A DNA stretch of 64,000 nt, from contig JAGIQG010000011.1 in the NCBI GenBank assembly GCA_024679065.1, positions 4,464,001 through 4,528,000 of the forward strand, given 5' to 3'. Source of the DNA: Sphyrna mokarran (taxonomy: Eukaryota). Below the pieces are notes generated by a model. That model saw nothing but the letters and a program-made list of their open reading frames with translations. It was not told where the DNA came from and made no database searches. This document shows positions 39,436 to 49,773 of the stretch, one piece after another; within the stretch, counting starts at the first letter, position 1; every line of letters begins with the position of its first letter. Made by a program: the position numbers and the translations under genes.

Positions 39436-40399
39436 CAATGGTTCAAATACCCTAAAGAAGCACTTGAATCAGAGGCGAGCGAGTCCGTGCCTGAGAAGCC
39501 CCACCCCCCCATCATCCATGGTGATAACTGCTGCCAGTGCCAGCCCTCAGCTCAAAGTTGACTCTTGTTGACCTCTGTGGATAGTGAAGGCATGGACTTG
39601 ATGATGGAGGCTGAAGAAGTGGGCCTGTGGGCTGAAGCAGAACCTGAGGCGGAACCTGCTTCTGTAACCTTGTGACACGCCCTCCGAAAGAGAAGCTCCT
39701 CCATTCGGTTTATATAGCCTGTTCTGGTCCCACCTTCAAAGATCTCTACCCACGCAATGGAAAGGACCTTCTCACAGTAGGGGTGCTGGGAGAGATGCTG
39801 ATCTAATGGGGCAGGGATGTTATGACAGTCACAAAGATCACAGATCTCCCTGTGGACTTCCTACATTATGAGCTGCCTTATTGAGTGAGCAGGGGGTTTG
39901 CTGTGTGGGAAATAGTCAGCAGGAGTTTGTAAGCTTGTTACTTTACCTGGACCGGATTTGTAAGTCCTGAGGTGAAGGTTACCTGACTGTAAGCTGTAGA
40001 ATCAGCCCTTTCCTTTGGTGCACAATAAAGAGTGTCGGTGATGGGGAACTGGCATTGGTTGAATTGCTCTATCCCATTAACAAAGCATCCAGTCAATCAA
40101 CTTGGTATTCATCTGGGTGGAAATAAACCATTGGACGTGATCATTTGGACAATGGAACCTGTGCTAAGAGGAATTCCAAGCCATGATCTAATCAAAGTAA
40201 CTGAAAACACGATCATATTTGGACACAAGACTGTTGGAGAGAGAAAGTCATTTGTCAAGCTAATCTATTGAGTATTTATCATCCGTTTTCTCTGCAAAAC
40301 AGGACAAATGACTAAGGCCTGAAGTAGGTTCCTTCCCTCACTCTCACTCTCTATCCAATCTGCAAATTTTAACCTTATCTACTGATTTTGACTATTCAG

Positions 40400-40620
40400 G
40401 TGTCACAGAGAGCTTTTGAAAAGAACTCAATCCAGTATTGCTGTCTCCAGGAATGAGTGGAGGCTCGCCCAATGGGAAGCAGTCGGCAGGAGTTTTTAAG
40501 CTGGTTACTTTAACCGAACTGCAGTTTTAGGTGCCGAGATGAAGACTACTTGATTATAAGTTGCAGGAGTGGTCCTTTTGGTGTACAATAAAGGGTATCG
40601 GTGACAGGAAACTGGCATTT
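40400..40620 (+). mobile_element. LTR fragment related to the 36340/39818 LTRs
   Basis: gaagcagtcggcaggagtttttaagc...tacaataaagggtatcggtgac. Confidence 0.6.
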
Positions 40621-40971
40621 GCTCCACTTGCTCAGTGAGGCAGCTCATATTGCATTTAAATTTTATCCATTTCACAATAAGTTGGAGCAAAGCCAAACCA
40701 TTATTGTCAATTCAAACAAATGGTTACGTTCATCAAAATCACTTCAATATAACTTGTTTCTTTTCAAAAAAACTTGAAAGCTGTTTTGTTTGTTTGCAGA
40801 TAAAAAAGATGTACGTTCTCTTGGTACTGTTGCTGTGATGCCACTACACTCACATTCTCCTTCCCAAACTAAAAGCTTTGCCAAAGTTATTTAACATTAT
40901 AGTGGTCATTAAACATTGCCATGTTTCCCTTAAACCATTTTACTGGTTGGCATTGACCATGCTAAAACCAT

Positions 40972-41325
40972 AGCTTAGTTGGCAGCATTCTTGCCTCAGA
41001 GTCAGAAAGCTGTTGGTTTAGGCGTCATCATTCCAGAGACCTGAGCATATTCCAATGCAGTATTAAGAGAGTGTTGCACCATCTTTTGGCTAAGGTGGCT
41101 TGGTTAAATATCTTCCTTCTTAACAGAATGTAGAAAATTCCACTGCTCTGTATCGAAGAAGAGCAGGAGAGTTATTCCCAGTGTCCTGAACAATACTTAC
41201 CTCATTAAAACCATAATTTAAAAAAATCATAATTTTGCTGTTTGTGAGATTATGTATCAAACATTGTAACATTCAAACACTTCAAAAGTTAGGCACTTCT
41301 TATGCCCTGAAGCTGTTACAAGATG
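40972..41325 (+). mobile_element. DeuSINE/SacSINE1-like ancient SINE
   Basis: Head cttgcctcagagtcagaa and Deu-domain-like tcgaagaagagcaggagagttattcccagtgtcctg. Confidence 0.6.
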
Positions 41326-42275
41326 CAGGCTGGAATTCTCCAGTGTGATATACCCTGCTACCATTGCCAGCAAGAATGGAGAATTTGGCACTCAGCCAAA
41401 ATTCCATTCACTGCAGTGGAGAATCCCAGCTGCAGGCAAGGTTGGAGAATTCCGGTTATAATACAAATGCTTGTTTTTGCCATTTTCGGTATTCAATCTT
41501 AAATTGTGAGTAGTAAAAATATTATTGAACACAAAATCCAATGATTTTGGTGCTAAAAACTTGTGATAACAATAGAGAAGAAATACAAGTTAAAAAATGG
41601 TTTATATTATTTTCATGACATGGCAATAGAAATACTGAAAAAAGCACAGAAACTAAGAAAGGATTCAGTAACATTCACATTTAATGCAAAGCAGAAAAAA
41701 TACTGTTAACTATGCTCAGAACAGATATTAATTAGAGGAAAAGTATTTCAAGGTTTTATTACAGGACAATTTAAATCTAGAGTTCTCTTAAAAATGTGAC
41801 AAAAGCAGCTTTGCAGGCAGTTTTTGAATCAAAGTTGCCCTTTCCATTTATCAGTTATTTTATAGAATTTTCATCATATAAAAGTCTTTATGTCAGTTAA
41901 ATTCAGAGCCCTTTGTTTACTGTATGCTGCCAAGTGATAGTGGAAGGAATATTGCAAATATTTGTAATACCAAAAAACATGTGATACAAAGGCATATGAT
42001 GTAATAATGGTTAATTGTGCAATTTGTATAAAATGGAAATTAAGTGCTGTCTTTCACCTTTCTTAGATAAACCAATTCCTGATCAGTAATTATAAAATAC
42101 AAATCAAACAAACAAGTGGAAACCAACACAACCCCTTTTTCCTCACAGGATATCTTATTAGGTAAGAAACCAGCTCTTTTGTTACTGTTGATTCAGAGAA
42201 CTTATTGCATGCACTTTGATAAGTCTCTGTCCAGGTTCAAGCTGAGCTGACCTGTTCAAAAGTGGCATCACTTAC

Positions 42276-42483
42276 CAATTTCCCAAGTAGAAAGATCATT
42301 AGCTTCAATTTCCTTCTGTCCAATGTAGTACCAAATGCAGGCCATCCAATGGGCTATCAGGGCAAACATGGACATGAGCAATGTGAGGACCACGGCACTG
42401 TACTGTGAATAACGATCCAATTTCTGAAGCAGCCGTAGCAGACGCAGCAAGCGCACGGTTTTCAGCAGATGAACCCCAAAATA
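42276..42483 (-). CDS. KCNH3: Internal coding exon (208 bp) of Elk-family K+ channel; S4 voltage sensor and S5
   Basis: Minus strand: ccacag|TAT TTT GGG...GAA ATT G|gtaagt. Translates [69 protein letters not shown](G). Elk subfamily is clear. [11 protein letters not shown] and IGQKEIE favour KCNH3 over KCNH4/KCNH8 (paralog call from memory, about 0.7). Confidence 0.93.
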
Positions 42484-44414
42484 CTGTGGAATTAATTAAT
42501 AATTAGTCTCACAAAAATGTCTTTTTACGTGAGAAAAATTTTATTTTTCTGCTGAGAATGAAAGGCTAGTTAATTGTTGATAACAATCACAGTTTACTCG
42601 CTAAAAACCTATAGTAATAAAATCACAAGCAGTTATATTCCAATGGCATTGCATTCAGGGAATGATCAGAGCAGAAGATTTCAACTGTTTTGTGAGAAGT
42701 GTCTCCTCACATCCTCATGGTTCTTTGCCCTCAAGACAGCAACAGCTCTCCAAAATATATAAGGCTATTACTGATATTTAAATAAGTAGCCCAAAAACAA
42801 AAATAATGACAAAGTCAACAAAAAGAGAACGACCGAAATACACACAACTGAGATCCCTTGTGAATTCAAGGTCTAAAGATCCCAGTTTGAAAACCAATGA
42901 TCTAAAAATACTGTTGGATACTTTAGAAAATCATCATCTATAAATAATAGATATTTGCTCAACTTACCGACCAAACTTTTACAAAAGGATTCAGACAAAA
43001 GTATTATTGTTTGAGAATAGAGAAGAATAGAGCAGTCTTGTTTTAGAATTATATTTAAGCACAAATCTGAACTCAAATGTATTTAAAATTGGTTGCCCGC
43101 CTCCAATTTTGCTGTGAAAAGTGCAATTTACAAACATACCTTAAATCCTTAATTGCACACTCAAATCACATTCAAAGAACATGAGAATGCAGTACTATTT
43201 TTTAATTGTAGGAAGCACTGGTAATATGTTGTTCCATTGCTTACCAATAATCTGATATGACTTTGTAACACCATGCTTTAAAAACAATTTTGTGTAAAAT
43301 ATGGTGGCACATTGAGTGAGATGTGGGGGGGAAGAAGTGACGGCTTTGATCGTGGTGTAGAGAGGGAAATATGCCAGCTTTGAATGCAGTGTGGGAGAGC
43401 CCCTGAGACTTCTGTAGCGGAGGGGGGGAGGTTACTTTCTTTCCTTTTGAACTTTAAAAACGGTGCCCCAAATCTCGATGCAACTGTGCTTTATCATATA
43501 AAAATTGCATTTTACTGTATAAAAGTTGCATTTTTACATAAAATACAACCACCCTGTTATTCTTTTGGCAAAATTGCATTTGGTCTGGTAGGAAAAATAG
43601 CCAGTTTCTCTGGAGAGAAACATGCCAGTTTTCAGTCAGACTTTGACACTTTAGTACTTTTTGATAAGACTCTGCCCATTATTTTCAGCAATCCTTTCAT
43701 TGGGTGTCTATGGCTTTGTGCTATTTATTAAAGTCTGAAACTGATATAGTAAGTCTGTAGGCAGGGTTTTACCACAGACCTTATGGCCCTGATGTCAGAG
43801 TGAAATGGCTGGACCTGAGTCTGCATTTAGCTCCAGGAATGCTGTCCAATTAAGGGAGCTCCGAATGCTGTGAGCTTAATCAGAGGGCCAGCAGCACTAG
43901 AACTTTGGTAATCTCTCTGAGAGAGGTAAGCACTTCTGTTGGCGGTGAACATAAAGTTGCTCTCAGAAAGATAATTTAAAATAGAATTCAAAGGTACCAG
44001 GCCTCATTGGAGCCAATAGAGTGGCTTTTGCTTTAGCCTCCATCTCCCGTTGGTGTCTAGACTGTTGCAAGGAGACCATGTTCATGAAGCTGGAATGAGT
44101 GCAGCTTGGTTGTTGGCAAAATGCTTGGGAAAACTGCTCTTATTAGGGACTTGAATTATTTATTTAGAATTTCATTTGAGCACAAATTTGGATTCAATGT
44201 ATTTAAAATTGGTTGCCCGCCTCCATTCACCACTAGAAAGCTTCCCTGACAGCAGGACTGCAGCAGGGAACTGTCCGGCCTGTCTCCCTGCTATTTTAAA
44301 GGCACCCCTTCACAGAATTGTGTAGGAGGAGGGCATATGGTCCTTTGTGTTTGCTCAGTAAGAGGTCTGGCAACACCAATTTTAAAGCTAACCAATTTAT
44401 TTATTTCATAGTAA

Positions 44415-44454
44415 ATCTGCTAGCTTTCGGCGTTTGTGCCTTCGTCAGGCAAAT
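44415..44454 (-). ncRNA. Minimal hammerhead ribozyme (sense to the KCNH pre-mRNA)
   Basis: AUUUGC-CUGACGA-A-GGC-acaaac-GCC-GAAA-GCUA-GCAGAU; 6-bp stem I (one GU) and 3-bp stem II. Confidence 0.7.
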
Positions 44455-44533
44455 GAGGTGTTCTGGTCTCCAAAAGCACACATATCAGCATAGACAGTGC
44501 GTTTATGTGTGCTTTTGGAGACCAGAACACCTC

Positions 44534-44573
44534 ATTCGCCTGACGAAGGCACAAACGCCGAAAGCTAGCAGAT
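44534..44573 (+). ncRNA. Minimal hammerhead ribozyme, mirror copy
   Basis: CTGACGA at 44540-44546, GGC/GCC stem II, GAAA at 44560-44563, then GCTA; one mismatch in stem I. Confidence 0.65.
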
Positions 44574-44689
44574 TTACTATCAAATAAATTGGTTGGATTT
44601 AAAATTGGTGTTGCCAGACCTCTTACTGAGTTTACCCCAGTCCAACGCCGGCATCTCTACATAATTACCTTTGTGTTTGCACCAGCTCT

Positions 44690-45235
44690 TCAAACGACAT
44701 TGTAACATAATGACATTTCTCTGTCATTCCCCATACCCCATACACACAATTAATATTCAAATAATCACCTAATGCCTTCTTGAAAGCCTTATTGAATGTG
44801 CCTCCATAATACTTCCGGCCAGAGTGCAAAAAAGCTTTTTCTTACATCACCTTTGCTTTATTTACAAATCACTTTAAATCTGTGTCCTCGTTTGATACTT
44901 TTGCAAGTGGGAACAGATTCTCCTATCTACTCTGTCCAGCCCCTTTAAGATTTTCAACATCTCTATCAAACCTCCTCTTAGCTTACTTCTCTGCAAAAAG
45001 ACCAGTTTCAACCTTGCCAATCTATCCTCGTAACTAAGAATTTCATATCTGGAACCATACCTGTAAACTTTTTCTGCACTCTCTCCAGTGCATTCACATC
45101 CTTTCTATAGCATGGCACCCAGAATTGTGTGCAATATTCCAGCTGAGTTCTAACTAATATCTTCTATAAGTTCAGCATTATCTCCTTGCTTTTGTACTCT
45201 ATGCATCTATTAATAAAGCCCACAATATTAGATGT
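44690..45235 (-). mobile_element. Degenerate CR1 3' fragment
   Basis: Reverse of the GFINRCIEYKSKEIMLNL and LRGGLIE region. Confidence 0.8.
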
Positions 45236-45249
45236 TATCCCACCCACAC

Positions 45250-45555
45250 CACGACATGGTAGCACAGTAGTTAGCACTGCTGTCTCATAGCGCCAGGAAC
45301 CTAGGTTAGATTCCTGGTTTGGGTTACTGTTTGTGTGGAGTTTGCACATTCTCCCCACATCCTCTGGGTGCTCCAGTTTCCTCCCACAGTCCAAAAATGT
45401 GCAGGTTAAATTTATTGGCCATGTTAAATTGCTCCTTGGTGTTACAGGGATGTCAGGGGGATTAGTAGGGTAAATATATGGAGTTACAGGGCTTGGGTGG
45501 GATTGTTGTCAGTGCAGACTCAATGGCCTCCTTCTGCACTGTGCATATCTTATTC
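45250..45555 (+). mobile_element. HE1-like V-SINE
   Basis: tRNA head, V core and CR1-type tail. Confidence 0.85.
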
Positions 45556-46199
45556 TATCCCCATACCACCTTTCCTTGGTACCAGTAAAATCCTGCCTTA
45601 TAAATCCAGGTAAGAAAATTGATCGGTATCATCTTGATTCGTGTGGACCATTAATTCTGTGTAATATTTGAACAGTTCAGTAGAAGAGATTGAGTTGGAT
45701 TTATCCTCTTACACAAATTATGTCATAATTATATCTGAAACGTAATTATCCTGATCTAAAGTCCATTGGCCAATCAATTAATGATAGTCACTGAAATCTT
45801 GCTGGCATTTAGGCCAGCAAGATCTTAAAGCCCCACCACTAGTGAATGGTGCATCACTTTCCACCAACATGAAACACGCCACAGAGGAGGGGAAAAAAAT
45901 ACTACCATCATATTGGCCGAGGGGGAAGTTGATTTTAGAAGATAAAAGCAGCAGAATGAAGCAGAATTATGTTATAACAACACCCCAGACAAATTCTCTA
46001 GGGTGAAGTATCACATTTGTCCCCTAAGGAAACCGAGAGAGAATTGGGACCAAGCTAGGTTGCCTTTTAATTGAAATTAAAATATATTCAAATACAGGGC
46101 TCTAAAGTTATGAATTTTTCCCCCAAAAATTGAAGTTTCATATTGGTGAGAAAACCAAAGTGATCTGCAATGATCTCTCTACAGCAGTCCCACACAGTG

Positions 46200-47800
46200 C
46201 ACTGAACAAACCCCCATGTGAAACCCTCAGTATGGAGCCCCAGGCGTGTGATTCTCTCAAACTGGCCCGAGAGTCAGTTAACAAGGGTCTTGTTAACAAG
46301 GGGGAGCTGCATTGAAGTGCTCTCTCAGCATTAACAGCCAGTCACATCAGGAGGACGGAAGTGCATAGACCAGCTCCACATTTCATGGAGGGAGATCTAA
46401 ATGGCTTCTGCATGCCGTGGAGAAAAGGCAAGATATTCTGTCCCTCAAGAGGGTAGACAACCCAGCAGCAGGGAGTGGATGCAATGGCTGTGGTGTCAGG
46501 TCATGGACTGACATGGAGGACTGGCACCCAATGCCAGGACAAAATGAACAATGTTATTCTGGGTGAGTGTCCACGAGTGAAGCAAGTCATGTGAAGTCAA
46601 CGTGCACCACAGAAGTGAGGATGCACAAAACCTTCATATAACCTGTCTCAAGTAAGGCCTTGGTTGGCCTTGCCACAGGCGGCCAAATCTGTCAGCCACC
46701 ACAGCAGCAACGAGGATTACTGCCAACTTTGGCTCAATCCTGGCATTCATGATTCCTCTAGGGGATGGGAAGGACAGCGGGAAAGATAGCATTATTCATC
46801 TCAGGCACCTCAAACTCTCCCAGCACCCCGTGTCCTCATGATGCTGGGCCATGACAACCCTTACACCATGCGCCTCCTCCATTGGCTGCCAATCTTTACC
46901 ACATCATTGCCTCAGAGGCTGTGGGCCCTGCCCATGCCCCTTCATAGTTGCCAATAGTTTCCAATACAACTGTACGTGTCCCTTCACATGATGCGGAATG
47001 ATGCCTTCTGCACCCTCAATAAAGTTGCATGGTCACTGGTCAGCAATGGTCAACCTTTTCAGATATGGACTCCAGTACCACAAGTCATTGACAGCGTGTA
47101 GCATATTTAACTCAGCACTCTGGTGATTACATAGGGTATAAGATCCTCATTGAGATACCCTTACAACATAACCTGTGTGCAAATGCCTGGACATGTGATG
47201 TAAACTAGCTTCCAAGCATGGCGTTCAGTTCAGACAGATGATAAAAAAGCATCCTCCTGACTTTCATGCAATGGGTGCCCATTGTAGGGAGCACTCCACA
47301 GTTCATGCAGGAGCTGTGTTAATATCTGCTAAACTCCCTTGGTTGGAGGGACAGCTGCCAGACTTTGTGTTTGTAACTATTAGTGAGATCTGGGATTGCA
47401 TGTCTGCAATAAACCACAGAGCCTGTCCAGCAGATGGATAGCAGAGTAACCAGTGTAACATTAGTGATATTTGAACTCAACTTCTTATTAAACCTCTCGG
47501 GTGTCTTTCAGCAGGCAGGGAGAATGCTCACCACACAAGCCCCAACCAGCAGCGACCCTTGACCTGAGGATCCCTAACCTAGCTTGAGCTCCCCTCCTCA
47601 CCACGCCCTTACACCCTTCAAGACCCCCACTCCAACCCACTGTGGCAGCACCTGACCTGTCCTTTTACACCCTGGAGGTTGGCATACTCACTTCCTCAGA
47701 CACTCTTGCAACTGTGAAGTCTGAACCACACTTCAAGAGACCAGCAGTGATTCATGTCAGAGAGCTGGGAACATTCTGGAAGGGCGGATAGTCTGAACCG
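46200..47800. mobile_element. PIF/Harbinger remnant (Myb/SANT-like on +, transposase traces on -)
   Basis: + strand PAPHFMEGDL..LHAVEKRQDIL...WRTGTQCQDKMNNV followed by gtgagt (about 46370-46568). - strand TRTVVLETIG at about 46950-46985. Confidence 0.6.
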
Positions 47801-49320
47801 AACTCGCAATTGAAATTGAATCAGTCAATTTAATGGGATATATGCTTATCAGCCTCGTATCTAGAATGGTGCCAGTAGAAAGGGGCTGGGAAGATTACAA
47901 ACTGTTTGGTGTGGGACACAAACCAATTTTTAGGCTTGCACGCTGTTTTCTGGGATTAGCACAATCTGTACTGATCACAGCAAGGCTTGAAAATCACCTC
48001 TATCAGGTTGCATTTTACTCTTACTTACATTTTTAAAAATGTGTTATGTTCTGTCTATGTTTGACTGACCCTCCTGTACAGTCTTAATTGATTCACTGAA
48101 AACATGTAAATGCTGGTTTTTATTCCTGATAATTTATTTCTACAATCACAACTCTCTGTTCTGGCATCCAAGTGTAGCTTTGCTAGTACTGGACAGACAT
48201 TGTGTAAAGTCTCTATGCTCCCAGTCAGGCTCAATCATTTCAGCCTCAACTTACACTATCTCACACCCTGTCCTCTCATTAAAAACCCCAAACGCCTCTG
48301 AAACCTTTGCTTTATACTGCCAGGTTTGAGATTTCGAAAGGGAAGAGGGCAGTAGCAAATTGGCTTTCACCAAACCCAACTTCAATATCCAAACACTCCA
48401 CACACGTCACCTCCTTGGCCTTTGGCTGGTGTATCCTCCTTCAGCTAAGTTCTATGGGGCAATAGTATTGTGGATTATTTTCTGATAACGTTTAGCATTG
48501 TACTGCAGTGGTTTCCAATTGCCTGTTGCAGTGGTTTGTCATTGCCTTTTGCAATGTGGCTGACAAGAAAACTTTCCTTCTCTTACTGCCTGCTATCAGG
48601 GGTACTGAAAGGATTTACAGGCTGATTGTCAGCTTGTTTGACCACAATAGGAATACTCCTTCTGTGGCCGTCAATCCTGGAATTGGACTAGAACCTAAAG
48701 CTTCTAGCCCAGAGGTAGAGATGCTGCCCACAGCATCGTAATATCTCCTAGCTGCTATTGCAGTTAGTTTTAAAAAAGAACTGGGTCGTTATACATCTTA
48801 GTGGATAATTCAATTTCTTGGTAAGATATTGGGTCATGTAGAAGAGAACATAATTAATCTCATGGACTGAGTTGGATGTGTATCGTATACATGGTGTCTG
48901 TCTCTTTAAGACGGTATAGCAGAAAAGGAGCACTTGATTTGGGGCACCCATGGGATCTGAAAATGAGTGATCACCCCAGGGGATGACGTCTTTTCTCAGG
49001 TAGGATCATCTACCAGCCATGTAGTTAACATCAAAGACTGGAGCTGCAACTTCTGCCCACCATTTCTATACATTCTTATGTAATTAGAGTACTGTCTTCT
49101 CATATGGGAAGTTACTCACGTAAGTGGCACTATCAACATGTGGAAGGGAAAGGAAATGAAAAAAATGAATTACTTAAAAATGTATGAACTAAAACATTCC
49201 ACTTTTTTATGTGCCAGAATTAGAAATAAAATTATGTTCAAGCTAATCGCAGAGTCTGTCTAATTCTGGAATCCAAAAATTGGTCTTGCAACCTAGAACA
49301 AACAGAAATAAGGTATAATA

Positions 49321-49481
49321 GAAACAGAAAATGTTGTAAAATCTCAACAGGTCTGACAGCATTTGTGGAGAGAGAATAGAGCCAATGTTTTGATGATGAA
49401 ATATTGGCTCTATTCTTTCTCCACAGGTGCTCCACAAATTCTCTGTTGGACCTACTGAATTTTTCCAGCATTTTCTGTTTC
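49321..49481. repeat. Degenerate inverted repeat, probably Penelope pseudo-LTR-derived
   Basis: gaaacagaaaatg...gagccaatgttt / aaatattggctc...cattttctgtttc; related single arms at about 12510-12590 and 57965-58200. Confidence 0.7.
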
Positions 49482-49615
49482 AGATTACAGAATCTATAGT
49501 ATTTTGCTTTTATCTTAAAAACAAGGTAAAACTCAGCCAATTTTCTGACTTAATGTACTTATATTGTGATCTGTGTCTTTCTTCATTTCAATATTTCTTA
49601 AACAGACAGACTCAC

Positions 49616-49773
49616 CACATTGATATTGAATGCATAGAGGAGGTCAAAGGGAAGTGCAGCTATAAGATCCACGAAGAACCAGGTAGTTGCATAGTGCACA
49701 CAAATTGAGCGAGGATCATAGACAACCTGTCCAGACTTACTGACATATGTTGTCCGAAAATTCAGCATGATAT
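49616..49773 (-). CDS. KCNH3: Internal coding exon (158 bp) of Elk-family voltage-gated K+ channel; S2-S3 region
   Basis: Minus strand: tttctag|AT ATC ATG...AAT GTG|gtgagt. Translates (D)[52 protein letters not shown], a typical EAG-family S2-S3 segment. Canonical AG/GT, phase 1 to phase 0, joins in frame to the next exon. Not in the ORF track. Confidence 0.93.

Larger units (their letters stand above)
36340..40070 (+). mobile_element. Gypsy LTR element, internally deleted and multiply interrupted (5' LTR about 36340-36591, gag start 36681, integrase tail about 38345-38530 and 39445-39810, 3' LTR about 39818-40070)
   Basis: Both LTR candidates start TGTTATGA and share ttacctgactgt...atcagccctttcctttgg; gag MSLFGKLKPYDTNVEDWAQYI; purine tract ggggcaggga before the 3' LTR. 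Confidence 0.7.
44355..44667. mobile_element. Penelope pseudo-LTR fold-back insertion with a 13-bp TSD
   Basis: Inverted arms 44354-44484 and 44504-44630; tail tttaccccagtccaacgccggcatctc; TSD cctttgtgtttgc at 44342-44354 and 44668-44680. Confidence 0.9.

Noticed and set aside
42268-42456. ORF-track boundaries for the channel ORF
   Set aside because: The true unit is a spliced exon, 42276-42483; the ORF start and stop are artefacts
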